Assembly: GCA_964551135.1 (NCBI GenBank)
Contig: CAZKAT010000003.1
Span: 1,514-65,513 of the forward strand
DNA length: 64,000 nucleotides
Reading direction: 5' to 3'
From: an uncultured Gammaproteobacteria bacterium
Lineage (GTDB): Bacteria > Cyanobacteriota > Vampirovibrionia > LMEP-6097
The translations under genes were made by a program, and so were the position numbers. Shown here one piece after another: positions 44,976-55,212 of this stretch (its first letter is position 1; every line of letters starts with the position of its first letter). Under the pieces are notes generated by a model, which saw nothing but the letters and a program-made list of their open reading frames with translations, did no database searches and was not told the DNA's origin.

Positions 44976-47888
44976 GTGATAAAATCCACATTCGAAATGT
45001 TGATTAAACCACAATTAATTTTTCAAGCACCAGATAAGGATTTACCAGGCGTAAATCCTAAATCTGGTAATACCAATATTCCAAGTAATTCTTCTTTGCA
45101 ATTAAGACGTAATCTAGCAGCAACGTTATTAACTTATGAAGATACCAGACGTGCCAAATTTTTTGGAGCCATTAATGGAACTCCTCTGGAGTCTTATTTA
45201 CCTAAAGTAAAGTCTCCAATAGAAAAATTCCTGAAAACTAATCCCAGTGATAAATTAATTCAGGCTTGTGCTACAGATTTGCGTAATGGTAGTAGGGAAG
45301 AAGCTATATTAAAAGAAACATTGTCTATTTACGAATCTTTATCCAAAGCCAAGATAGATGATCGCTTTATACCTGTGTTTCAGTCTTTAGTCCGTGCAAA
45401 TGAAGACAATAAACAATATTCTAGACCTCAATTAGTAGAAGTAGTAATAGTTCCTCTATCAAGAATACAAAATTTTAGTGATAAATTACTAACCAAAGCT
45501 ACTAATGATTTAAGTTATTTAGTTGGTAAAAATGGACAAGATGAATCTAAGTTGGCTGAATATATAAAAGTAGCCCAAAATATAGCTGGATACAAACCTA
45601 CTGCTGACATTCGGAATCTTTACAACAATATCCTTAATGCTGTCTGTGCTACTAATGCAGAAGAGTTGAGATTAACAGCAGATTTAAATCGATTCTTCAA
45701 ACGACTTTCAAATTTATCGATATCCTATGATGTTCAAACTGAATTAGAGAAACAAATTCAATATACTGGTACTCAATTTGGATCAGTACCAAATAGCATA
45801 GATAAATATTTATTATCAGTTATAACTTCTTTTATAAACTTTAATGATCGCCTAACTATGTTTTCATCTGATCGTAGAACTCAAGTCGTAGCACATTACA
45901 ATGAATTAGTTCAAATTACAAAAGATTCTGGCATGCATTTGGATACTCTTAATGATTTATTTACAAGAGGAATAAAAGACGATTTTATAACTGAAGAACT
46001 GGATATTGCAAATTCACTTTATCGATCTTCTTTACATTCCACTAAAAGTGGTCTAGCTGATTTAATTGCATATAGAGGAGAGTCTGCTTTAGAGTTAAAA
46101 CGAAGCCTTCGTGACTTGTATCTTAAAGCAAATGACAAAGATAATGCAGTAGCTAAATCGCTGATCTCTAATTTCAACTCGCTTGCTTTATACTGTCCCA
46201 CTAATTGGGTGTCTGATCCTGGTTCATCTACTTTATATGAAGTACCCAACTTAAAACCTTTATTACCGATAGTTAAATGTTTCGACGCCTTAATCGATTC
46301 TAATAATTTCCGTAACAATACTGTTCATATTTTAACTGAAAGATTCAAAGATTCACTGGATGAAAGTCACTATCCATCAGATCTTGCTTATAACAAATTC
46401 GTTAGTGCTATCAAAGCAAAAGGTTATGATGCAGCTCAATTGAAGCGTCAATTAATATTGATTACTGCACATGATATTTTAATGCACAATATCTCTAACA
46501 CGGGAAAGGTACCAGATTGGAAATATTTTAGTGAAATATTCCATAATGGTGATCTTCCTTTTCGTCATGGTACTCCAGAATATGATCAATGCCTGAGAGA
46601 AAGCCAAATTATTATGAGAGCTAGTTTCAATGCTCACTATGGTTTTGGAGCTTTAGCAAACGATGCCAAAGGTTGGAAAGATTCCATCCTGGCAAGATTT
46701 GGAAGAGATGTTGCATTTCAAGAAGTACAGGCACCTCGTTGTAAAGATGGTAATGCTTTTCCTGGAATGGGTTATGTGATAACTGGTCTCAATGATGATT
46801 TTTTACGTATTCCTGATCCAGCAAGAGAGATGAATGGTGATGAGGCATATCAAGACTTTTTAGCAAATTATCCTTTCTTAGCTGCTGTTGCTGATGATAT
46901 AAGTTCTACTCAGTTTACATTTCTTAGGGGAATGGTGGTAATAACTAATACAAAAGATAAATATTGTTTGCCAGATCGTAATCATCAAATGATACCTTAC
47001 TCTCTCGTTATTTATAATGATCATTTTCATAATAATGGTTATGATATTGCTTTCTTAGTTCCTTCAAAAATACTTTTAGATAAAATGAAACCGACCTTAT
47101 TCTCTATCTATGATACAGATGCGCCTGCTACAATACCCCAAAATATTAATGATGTACCACTTGATATTGAGAGTCTTAGAAAAGAAGCTCATGACATGAA
47201 TGCAAGCATTCTTAGTTTAGGTTCATCATCTAATATTGCAGGCTTAAGTAATGCTTGGGAGCCTAATAGAAGACCATATTGGGCATGGGAAGCTGAAAAA
47301 AATCAAGATTGGCGAGACCTTGATGGACATAAACATAAATGGTTTGCGATGGCACGTCATGAACGGTTTTGGACCCCAGAGAATGAAGAAGAAATGAAAC
47401 CTTTTCAAAGAGTACATAAAGAAGTTTATGGAGTTGCAAAATCATTATTTGATAATTTAAATTCATTTAAATTATTTCTCTCAGCTTACAAGCATGGTTA
47501 TTTAGGTAATTTTGCTAGCAAAAAAAGTTCAGCTACAAGGGATGAATCAATAAGAACGTTTGCTAGTTCAGACAGTTTTCAAACCAGTTCTGACAACGAT
47601 ATGATGTTTGATCAAGCATATCTACTAAGGCAAGCAGCTTTAAAAAGAAAAGCCACAAATTTCCCTAAATTAGTTGTTTATGATACTTATAAATGGTCTT
47701 CCGAACCTATTGAAGGTTTTGAGCTTGATTTAGCTAATATGCAATTAACTTGGAATGGACAGACTCATCAATTAAATTTGGATAAACCAACAGCTACAGA
47801 TAGATCCTTATGGAGAAGAGTATTTAACCAATTTACAGGTTTGAATTATGATTTTAGATTTTATGAAAAGGGTTTAAATCAACATTAA
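44976..47888 (+). CDS. Large hypothetical protein (970 aa)
   Basis: Long uninterrupted ORF without recognisable motifs; no signal peptide apparent. Confidence 0.45.
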   Translation: MIKSTFEMLIKPQLIFQAPDKDLPGVNPKSGNTNIPSNSSLQLRRNLAATLLTYEDTRRAKFFGAINGTPLESYLPKVKSPIEKFLKTNPSDKLIQACATDLRNGSREEAILKETLSIYESLSKAKIDDRFIPVFQSLVRANEDNKQYSRPQLVEVVIVPLSRIQNFSDKLLTKATNDLSYLVGKNGQDESKLAEYIKVAQNIAGYKPTADIRNLYNNILNAVCATNAEELRLTADLNRFFKRLSNLSISYDVQTELEKQIQYTGTQFGSVPNSIDKYLLSVITSFINFNDRLTMFSSDRRTQVVAHYNELVQITKDSGMHLDTLNDLFTRGIKDDFITEELDIANSLYRSSLHSTKSGLADLIAYRGESALELKRSLRDLYLKANDKDNAVAKSLISNFNSLALYCPTNWVSDPGSSTLYEVPNLKPLLPIVKCFDALIDSNNFRNNTVHILTERFKDSLDESHYPSDLAYNKFVSAIKAKGYDAAQLKRQLILITAHDILMHNISNTGKVPDWKYFSEIFHNGDLPFRHGTPEYDQCLRESQIIMRASFNAHYGFGALANDAKGWKDSILARFGRDVAFQEVQAPRCKDGNAFPGMGYVITGLNDDFLRIPDPAREMNGDEAYQDFLANYPFLAAVADDISSTQFTFLRGMVVITNTKDKYCLPDRNHQMIPYSLVIYNDHFHNNGYDIAFLVPSKILLDKMKPTLFSIYDTDAPATIPQNINDVPLDIESLRKEAHDMNASILSLGSSSNIAGLSNAWEPNRRPYWAWEAEKNQDWRDLDGHKHKWFAMARHERFWTPENEEEMKPFQRVHKEVYGVAKSLFDNLNSFKLFLSAYKHGYLGNFASKKSSATRDESIRTFASSDSFQTSSDNDMMFDQAYLLRQAALKRKATNFPKLVVYDTYKWSSEPIEGFELDLANMQLTWNGQTHQLNLDKPTATDRSLWRRVFNQFTGLNYDFRFYEKGLNQH

Positions 47889-47907
47889 AATATGCTATTA
47901 TGTTGCC

Positions 47908-48213
47908 ATGATTAAGAATCAAATAATTTATACTGGCCTCAATAAACCTTTCTATGAAAGAACTCTACCTGTTATTGCACCTGAATCTAATTCTATAAGC
48001 ACATTGAGCAGTAGAGACTTACGTAATATTTTTATACCAGTCAATATGCCTGCCTCTCCTCTTCCAGATGCTCCTACAACTCCAACTACTCCAACTCCTG
48101 ATAAAGATGTACCAACAAGAAGCGTACCTTTACCAGCAAACCCTCAACAAGATCCCGATGGTGCTCCAAGTTCGGTACCTTGTCCTCCTAGTGAATGTCC
48201 TCATCCAAGATGA
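47908..48213 (+). CDS. Small Pro/Thr-rich hypothetical protein
   Basis: 101 aa; C-terminal PTTPTTPTPD...CPPSECPHP low-complexity; 20 nt downstream of the 970-aa ORF. Confidence 0.3.
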   Translation: MIKNQIIYTGLNKPFYERTLPVIAPESNSISTLSSRDLRNIFIPVNMPASPLPDAPTTPTTPTPDKDVPTRSVPLPANPQQDPDGAPSSVPCPPSECPHPR

Positions 48214-48271
48214 AACTCTTTGATTAAGACCATTTCAAAGCTACGTTTAGCATTTTAAATCTCTTAGCAAA

Positions 48272-49432
48272 TTAGTTAAAAATATACCAATCAATTATTT
48301 TCCACACATCTTGATTACCAAGCTCTGATGCCATCTCTAATCTAGATTGTGCCGCTGTCTTGCCAACACAGTAAATGCCTGCTTGACTAAGATTTCCTAT
48401 CATTTCGACAAGATGTTCTTGAGCTAATTTGTCTCCTGGAAATAGCTTTGGCATATAAGCATGAACCATATTTTGTAAAATAGCATTGAAAGTAAATAGA
48501 GTTGGCCAAGTGATCATTTCTGCTCTAGTTCTATCTCTGAGCTTTCCTAAGTCATCAGGATTAATTCCTTTCTTAAGTTCTCCGGCAATTACATCTCTTA
48601 AAATATATGCTGAACCAACTATCCCTCCTAAAGCTTTTCCTGAACTAGCATTCAGCTTTAAACCTAACGCAAAACTCAATCCAAAAATCAATAAATCAAT
48701 TGCTGATCTTTTCAAATTGAGTTCTTTTGTAGAAATTTTCTCAATACCCTCATTAGCTTTTTCAAGATCTTTTTTTCTTTCACAAAGATTTTTTACTAAT
48801 ATAGTTAAAGGAATATTTCTCGGGTCGTTTCTATATTCATCTGGATACTTATTTAATTCTGCTTTTACAACGTCACGAAGTTCACTAAGGATAGGATTTC
48901 TGAGATATTTAACTTCTCCAATAATAGTATAGTAACTAAGCATGCTGGCAAATCTAGATTGCATTTGCACAGAATCTGTAAATGATGCAGCAAGAAAATT
49001 AGCAGGATATCTTGCAAGCAGGGCACCTAACTGTATAATCAAACCAGCCCAGGGCCTGCAATAAGCATCAGCATTATCATAACGAAGTGCATCTTCAGAA
49101 CTATGAGGATCTTCTGCATGCTTAACAAAATTATTAGCAATTAAAACTTTCGCTTCATAAAATTCAGCTCCAATAGCAGGCAATGATGAACTAAGGGTGG
49201 GATTAACACAATGCATTACATGATTAACTAATGGAGCTTTTGTTTTTTTATTAGTCTTTTGTGCTAATGCTTTATTAGTTAGCTCTTCAGCATTAGATTG
49301 ATTTTTTTGCTCAGGTTGTTTTTTAATTTCATTTGTTGCATGACCACTAACCGTAAGCAAACCTAGGGGCAAAACTTTTAAAAAATTTCTTCTACTTATT
49401 GGGTGAACCAGCACTGGGCAAAATAATATCAC
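48272..49432 (-). CDS. Hypothetical protein with twin-arginine (Tat) signal
   Basis: 386 aa; N-terminal ISRRNFLKVLPLGLLTVSGHA matches the Tat consensus (S/T-R-R-x-F-L-K plus hydrophobic region and AxA-like site); GTG start. Confidence 0.5.
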   Translation of the reverse strand: MILFCPVLVHPISRRNFLKVLPLGLLTVSGHATNEIKKQPEQKNQSNAEELTNKALAQKTNKKTKAPLVNHVMHCVNPTLSSSLPAIGAEFYEAKVLIANNFVKHAEDPHSSEDALRYDNADAYCRPWAGLIIQLGALLARYPANFLAASFTDSVQMQSRFASMLSYYTIIGEVKYLRNPILSELRDVVKAELNKYPDEYRNDPRNIPLTILVKNLCERKKDLEKANEGIEKISTKELNLKRSAIDLLIFGLSFALGLKLNASSGKALGGIVGSAYILRDVIAGELKKGINPDDLGKLRDRTRAEMITWPTLFTFNAILQNMVHAYMPKLFPGDKLAQEHLVEMIGNLSQAGIYCVGKTAAQSRLEMASELGNQDVWKIIDWYIFN

Positions 49433-49483
49433 AAGAACACGCGCAACCTGTTATTTTAATCATCATGCTATTATTTTTAATCT

Positions 49484-50788
49484 GTGAAAATAGCTGAAGT
49501 TCAAAAATTAGTAAATAGAACAGAAATAGTGGGTCAGAAAAGACCTACAATTCTTGAAGATCTTTTTGCCTATTTAAACACTCTAGTTACTCAATTTCAC
49601 AAAGCAAAGCAAAATATTTTTGATAAAACTGAGATTGATTTTCAAGAGCCTCTAAAAATAGTAGCAAATGATTTACAAATTAATAATCTTCAACCAATAG
49701 TAGAAACAGAAGATTTCAATTTAGTACGGAATTTAAATTTGGTAGATTTTGCTACATTCCTGGATATAGTAATTAGGACTGTTGCCGTAAAAAATTCTGA
49801 TTTGATTAAGCTTACAGATTTAGCTGCTAAGAATATTTTTAGAACTCATATTAATAAACAAATTTCAGATAGATTAGGAAAAATGTTTTTTGAAGATCAT
49901 TTGGAACCATGGACAAATGATTACATTGATTCATTATCAAGTTCTGAAATTAGCCTTGAAACTCAAGATTTACAGAAAACAATGTTTGATCATGAGAGAA
50001 ATCATTTTTATATTTTTGATATTGATGGAACTCTTAAAGAAGAAGAATCAAATTGTGTAAGCCATGTTATACCAAACATAGATGATCAAGTTAGAAAGGA
50101 TTTGATTACTCTTAGCCAAAAACCTAACACCACCGTCTTAATATTAACATCAAGACCTACGGATGCAATCCAGGAGTCTAATCTACCATATAATATAATC
50201 CCTATGATTACTGGTGCTGGTCGAGAACTTATTAATGGTAATAGACATGAAGTCTTAGTTGGTGATGCATTAATGTCAGAGACAGAAAAGTTTGTAAATC
50301 ATTTACATACTCTGTTAAAGAATCTAAATATATCAAGAGATAAGTATCTTATAAGACAATATGCTGGCTCTCTTTATATTCAGTTCATAGAAAATAATTT
50401 CACTAAAGCAAAAGTTACAGCTATGAAAGCATTGGAAGTATTAATGGCAAACTCTCTTTCAGGCTGGTCAATTGAAAATAGTGATAGTAAATATATCTAC
50501 TTTAAGAACTCTCAATTTCAATATGACAAAGGAATGGCATTGAAAGAAATTCTTACTAATTATAGAGATCAAATAAATGATAAAACGAATATCTATGTTC
50601 TTGGTGATACTTCAAGTGATTATACCGCTATGAAAGCTCTTAAAGAAGCTGATCTGCCAAATGGAGTTAGAAAAGTTAATATTGCAGTTGGTAAAGAATT
50701 AACTGATACAAAGAAATATCCACATGTAGATAAGAGATTAAGTTCGTATCATGCTGTAGCAGATCTATTAAACTGGCTTGCAGTATAA
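49484..50788 (+). CDS. HAD-IIB family phosphatase-like protein (trehalose-phosphatase/Cof-like C-terminal domain) with unknown N-terminal domain
   Basis: 434 aa; HAD motif I FDIDGTL, motif II LILTSR, and motif IV YVLGDTSSD preceded by conserved KG. Confidence 0.5.
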   Translation: MKIAEVQKLVNRTEIVGQKRPTILEDLFAYLNTLVTQFHKAKQNIFDKTEIDFQEPLKIVANDLQINNLQPIVETEDFNLVRNLNLVDFATFLDIVIRTVAVKNSDLIKLTDLAAKNIFRTHINKQISDRLGKMFFEDHLEPWTNDYIDSLSSSEISLETQDLQKTMFDHERNHFYIFDIDGTLKEEESNCVSHVIPNIDDQVRKDLITLSQKPNTTVLILTSRPTDAIQESNLPYNIIPMITGAGRELINGNRHEVLVGDALMSETEKFVNHLHTLLKNLNISRDKYLIRQYAGSLYIQFIENNFTKAKVTAMKALEVLMANSLSGWSIENSDSKYIYFKNSQFQYDKGMALKEILTNYRDQINDKTNIYVLGDTSSDYTAMKALKEADLPNGVRKVNIAVGKELTDTKKYPHVDKRLSSYHAVADLLNWLAV

Positions 50789-50848
50789 TTATTAAGTGGA
50801 CAATTTCCTTTAATTTCAACTCAAATCATTTGAGGTATAATATACTTA

Positions 50849-51913
50849 ATGCCAAAACTAGAATTGAAACCTAGGACATATATAATTCTAGCTATCATCA
50901 TAGCTTTAATAATTGTCGTGCATTTGTATTTAGCAGTATGGGTGAAACATTATGTCAATAAAAAGATGGCAGATTTAAACGGATATAGTGGTTCAATAGA
51001 AAAAATTGAAATACATCTATGGCGAGGAGCTTATAAAATTGACGGTCTGAATATTTATAAAGAACTGGGTGGACTGAAAAAGCCTTTTTTCTCCACAGAA
51101 ACTATGGATATCTCTGTTGATTGGCGTGCACTGTTGAAGGGTGCCATAGTTGCAGAGATTACGTTTAATAAGCCTAAAATTAATTTCGCTAAAACCCAGA
51201 CGGGAGAAAACGCTGGATGGGGTGATTTTATTGACTCACTTGCTCCTTTTGAAATCAACCGTCTAAATGTAAAAAAAGGGAAATTATCCTATATCGATTA
51301 TTCAGCTGAACCAGATGTAAATCTATTTATTGACAATGTTAACGCACAGGTCACTAATCTTAATAACATTGATCATAAGAGTAATGCCCTTCCTTCAACT
51401 CTTAGGGTAACTGGTAAATCTATTGGCAATGGTAATTTAACAGTAAATGGAAGTATGAATATTTTGACTGATATACCAAGTTTTGATCTTGATTTAAAAC
51501 TTACCAAAGCCAAATTAACTGCATTCAATGATTTTATACATGATGCAGCTGGCATAACTTTTGAAGAAGGGAATATAGGAATCTTCTGTGAACTAGCTTC
51601 TACTAAAGGAGAAGTGAAAGGCTATGTTAAGCCTATTCTTACCCATGTTCGCATAATAGATATTAAAAAGGATAAAAATCCATTTAACCTAATCTGGGAA
51701 TCACTTGTATCAGTATTTATGGAAGCCTTCAAAAATCAGCATAAGGACCAATTCGCTATGCGTATACCAATAGAGGGTAAACTAGAAAATCCAAAAGAAG
51801 ATTCATGGAGAGGCTTCTTGAGCATTTTCAGTAATGCTTTTAAACATGCCTTCAAAAGAAATGTAGACGGAACTATAAGCTACAAGGATATACTTGTAGA
51901 AGCCAGAACCTGA
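50849..51913 (+). CDS. DUF748/AsmA-like membrane-anchored protein
   Basis: 354 aa; single N-terminal TM helix (YIILAIIIALIIVVHLYLAVW) followed by a beta-rich region resembling DUF748/AsmA-family proteins. Confidence 0.4.
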   Translation: MPKLELKPRTYIILAIIIALIIVVHLYLAVWVKHYVNKKMADLNGYSGSIEKIEIHLWRGAYKIDGLNIYKELGGLKKPFFSTETMDISVDWRALLKGAIVAEITFNKPKINFAKTQTGENAGWGDFIDSLAPFEINRLNVKKGKLSYIDYSAEPDVNLFIDNVNAQVTNLNNIDHKSNALPSTLRVTGKSIGNGNLTVNGSMNILTDIPSFDLDLKLTKAKLTAFNDFIHDAAGITFEEGNIGIFCELASTKGEVKGYVKPILTHVRIIDIKKDKNPFNLIWESLVSVFMEAFKNQHKDQFAMRIPIEGKLENPKEDSWRGFLSIFSNAFKHAFKRNVDGTISYKDILVEART

Positions 51914-51939
51914 ATACCTGATAAAATTTATAATGCTCG

Positions 51940-53257
51940 ATGTTTGAACTATGGTTAAAGCGTATATTTTTCTCTAAGATAGACATCTCTATTATTGCTT
52001 ATTTCAGAATTGTTTTTGGACTCTGCATGTTAATCAATAGTATCCAGCTCTTTACTGAAGATTACATTGAATATTACTGGTTGAGACCACGTTTTCATTT
52101 TCATTACCTAGGTCTAGAATGGATACATGCTCTACCAGGTAAGGGCATGTATATTCTATGCTTTATTATTAGTCTGAGTTCTTTGTTTATAATGCTTGGA
52201 TTCTTCTATCGATTAAGTATTATAGTTTTTTTCTTCAGTTGGACTTATACATGGTTAATCGGTCAGAGTACTTATAACAATCATTATTACCTTATTTCCC
52301 TTCTTAGTTTTCTAATGATTTTCATTGCAGCTAATGGAAAGTATGCATTAGATGACATGATATTCCCAAATATCCAAACAGACGAACTAGCGTCCTGGAC
52401 TTTATTTATACTGCGTTTCCAGATTGCGATTCCTTATATCTATGGAGGTATCGCTAAACTTAATGAAGATTGGTTTCATGGTGAACCAGTAAGAACATGG
52501 TTAACAAACACAGGAGGATTTGTTGATCAAGAATGGTTTGTATATTTTGTTTCATATGGAGGACTGATCTTTGACTTGACTATTATTCCTTTACTTATTT
52601 GGCAAAGAACAAGGTTGCTAGCATTTATCGCAGTTATTGGCTTTCATCTTAGTAATCACTTCGCGTTTTCAGATATCAGTATTGGAATATTTCCATGGTT
52701 GATGATTGCAGCGACTGCCTTGTTTTTTGAGCCTAGTCAATTCTCCAAATTATTTATGAGGATTAAGCATGTTAAGTAAAATAGAAAAACTAATTTCCTT
52801 ACTCTTAATTTTGTTCATTTTGATACAGATCATTGTTCCTTTTCGATATTTATATTACCCAGGACCTTCTGCCTGGAATGAAGAAGCACATAAATTTATT
52901 TGGCATATGAAACTCGCACACAAGAAGGCTTACGCTCAATTTATCGTATTCAGCCCAAGTCTGAACAAATCATATAAAGTTGATACAAGAAAATTTCTTA
53001 CTAGCTGGCAATATGAAGTGATGGTATCCAATCCCAGATTGATACTACAGTTTGCTCACTATTTAAGAGACTTATATAAAGAACGGGGCATCAATGACAT
53101 AGTAATTAAAGTTGAAGCCAAAACTTCACTCAATAATAGACCGCTACAATATCTCGTAGACCCTAATGTAGATTTAGCCAAGAAAGAAAACACTTTAAAG
53201 CATTTTGATTGGATTATGCCGTTAAATGTTAAGGTAGTACCTAAACATTCATTATAA
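51940..53257 (+). CDS. HTTM-domain (vitamin K-dependent gamma-carboxylase-like) membrane protein, apparently split by a +1 frameshift into ORFs 51940..52779 and 52769..53257
   Basis: First ORF carries HTTM hallmarks (AYFRIVFG, PRFHFHYLGLEW, LGFFYRLS, NNHYYL); second ORF (overlapping by 11 nt in another frame) begins ...PFRYLYYPGPSAWNEEAHKFIWHMKL, which reads like the continuation of the same domain. Confidence 0.5.
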
Positions 53258-53289
53258 TTTCTAATAATGACAAATAACTCTTTCTCAAT

Positions 53290-53478
53290 ATGTCCCTCAG
53301 GTATCATTCAAATACAAGTGCTAGATTAAACTCTTTTATTCAAACAAGAAATAAAACACTAAAACTAATCGAAAACTTAAATGAAGAAGATGCTTACATT
53401 CAGTCCATGCCAGATGTAAGTCACATTAAGAGTGGAATAGCTCTAATTCTTATAGTTTTATTTTTCTGTTCAATTTAA
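53290..53478 (+). pseudogene. Remnant of an egtB-like N-terminus (truncated paralogous fragment)
   Basis: SFIQTRNKTLKLIENLNEEDAYIQSMPDVS aligns with LFIQVRNKTLDLVRDLNEEDTCLQSMTDAS at the N-terminus of the egtB gene at 53867, then diverges and terminates. Confidence 0.5.
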
Positions 53479-53641
53479 ATTCTACCGAGTCACCTTCATC
53501 TTGTTTAACTTCTGGCTGCACTACTCTGACGGTTTCTTTAATAACATCAGGTTGTTTTACTTTGTTTTTATCTATGATTAAGTAAATACCCACCATAACC
53601 AATACTGTTAATAGGGCGATAATAATTCCATTGTTGTTCAT
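53450..53641 (-). CDS. Candidate small membrane protein (63 aa)
   Basis: N-terminal TM helix IIIALLTVLVMVGIYLII, charged tail; AAAGGAA RBS about 7 nt upstream. Confidence 0.3.
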   Translation of the reverse strand: MNNNGIIIALLTVLVMVGIYLIIDKNKVKQPDVIKETVRVVQPEVKQDEGDSVEFKLNRKIKL

Positions 53642-53866
53642 AAGAAATTCCTTTTAGTTCAATACATTACTACTCAAAACTTTTTTGTAATTTCATACAA
53701 AACAAATCTCAAATATATGTTCTATAGACTATTATACACCTTATTATGCCATTTATCACGCATTTCAGATCATATAATAACAGTAATTCTAGATATAGGC
53801 TTCATAATTTAATAATTTGATGTATAATCATTTGTATTCAAACTAAATGGGGTATAAGTTTTATAT

Positions 53867-55201
53867 ATGCATTTAATCAATCCACAAACTCCTAAAATAA
53901 ATTCAACTAGTACAAATACTATATTAAATCTATTTATTCAAGTAAGGAATAAAACTTTAGATTTAGTTAGAGATTTAAATGAAGAAGATACTTGCTTACA
54001 ATCAATGACAGATGCAAGTCCCACTAAATGGCACCTAGCACATAGCTCGTGGTTCTTTGAAACTTTCTTACTTAAAAAATTTAAAACTAATTACAAAGAG
54101 TTTAATCCTGATTTTAATTTTCTATTTAACTCTTACTACAACTCTATAGGTAGAAACCGCTTCCCGCGTTCAAAACGAGGCTTAATCTCAAAACCAACTC
54201 TCCAAGAAGTTATAAATTATAGAAAACATATTGATAATAGCATCATAGAATTAATGGAGAAAGGTCTTCTAGAATCCAAAGCAAACACTGTGCATGAGAT
54301 TATTAGCATATTAACCTTAGGAATTCATCATGAACAACAACATCAAGAACTAATCATTACTGATATTAAGCATGTTCTATCGAAGAATCCGCTGAAGCCT
54401 ATTTTCTCAGACTATACACGTAAAATAATTTTAGGTAGCAAATCTACAATTAGCAAAAAGTCTGAATATATATACCAGCCAGGCGGCATAGTCGAAATTG
54501 GTTATCGAGACGGGGACTCTACTACTGATTTTTGTTTTGATAATGAAATACCAAGCCATCCAGTCTATCTTGAACCATGTTTGATTAGCTCTCAATTAGT
54601 TACTAATAGTGAGTTTCAAGAATTTATGGAAGATGATGCTTATAATCGTCCTGAATTATGGCTAGCAGATGGTTTTGATTTTATTAAAGCTAATAATATT
54701 CATTGTCCACTATATTGGTTTAAAGAAGATAGTAAATGGCAAATCTTTACACTTGGTGGCGTATTCAAACTGAATCCTAAGGAACCAGTTGTACATGTCA
54801 GTTTCTATGAAGCAGAAGCCTTTGCTAGATGGCGTAAAGCAAGGTTAGTGCGTGAAGCAGAATGGGAATCTTTTGCAGAAGAACCATTTAGTAAGAGAAA
54901 TATACTAACTAGTAATTTCCAAGAAAATAATATTTTCCATCCTCTCGCTACTAACGAGTTACAAGTATATGGCAACCTATGGCAATGGACCATGAGTGCA
55001 TATAGTCCATATCCAGGTTATAAAGAACTACCAGGGGCGCTAGGAGAATATAACGGTAAATTTATGATCAATCAAATGGTACTCAAAGGTGGTTCCTGTG
55101 CGACTCCTAGATCACATATTAGATCAAGCTATCGCAATTTTTTCTATCCTCAGCAAAGATGGCAATTTATGGGGATTAGACTTGCCCAAGATGTTTCATA
55201 A
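53867..55201 (+). CDS. egtB: Ergothioneine biosynthesis sulfoxide synthase EgtB-like (DinB_2 plus FGE-sulfatase domains)
   Basis: 444 aa; N-terminal DinB-like metal site (HLAHSSWFFETF, GIHHEQQHQEL) and C-terminal FGE-like domain (GNLWQWTMSAY...KGGSCATP...RWQFMGIRLA). Confidence 0.75.
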   Translation: MHLINPQTPKINSTSTNTILNLFIQVRNKTLDLVRDLNEEDTCLQSMTDASPTKWHLAHSSWFFETFLLKKFKTNYKEFNPDFNFLFNSYYNSIGRNRFPRSKRGLISKPTLQEVINYRKHIDNSIIELMEKGLLESKANTVHEIISILTLGIHHEQQHQELIITDIKHVLSKNPLKPIFSDYTRKIILGSKSTISKKSEYIYQPGGIVEIGYRDGDSTTDFCFDNEIPSHPVYLEPCLISSQLVTNSEFQEFMEDDAYNRPELWLADGFDFIKANNIHCPLYWFKEDSKWQIFTLGGVFKLNPKEPVVHVSFYEAEAFARWRKARLVREAEWESFAEEPFSKRNILTSNFQENNIFHPLATNELQVYGNLWQWTMSAYSPYPGYKELPGALGEYNGKFMINQMVLKGGSCATPRSHIRSSYRNFFYPQQRWQFMGIRLAQDVS

Positions 55202-55212
55202 AGGAGAAAGAT

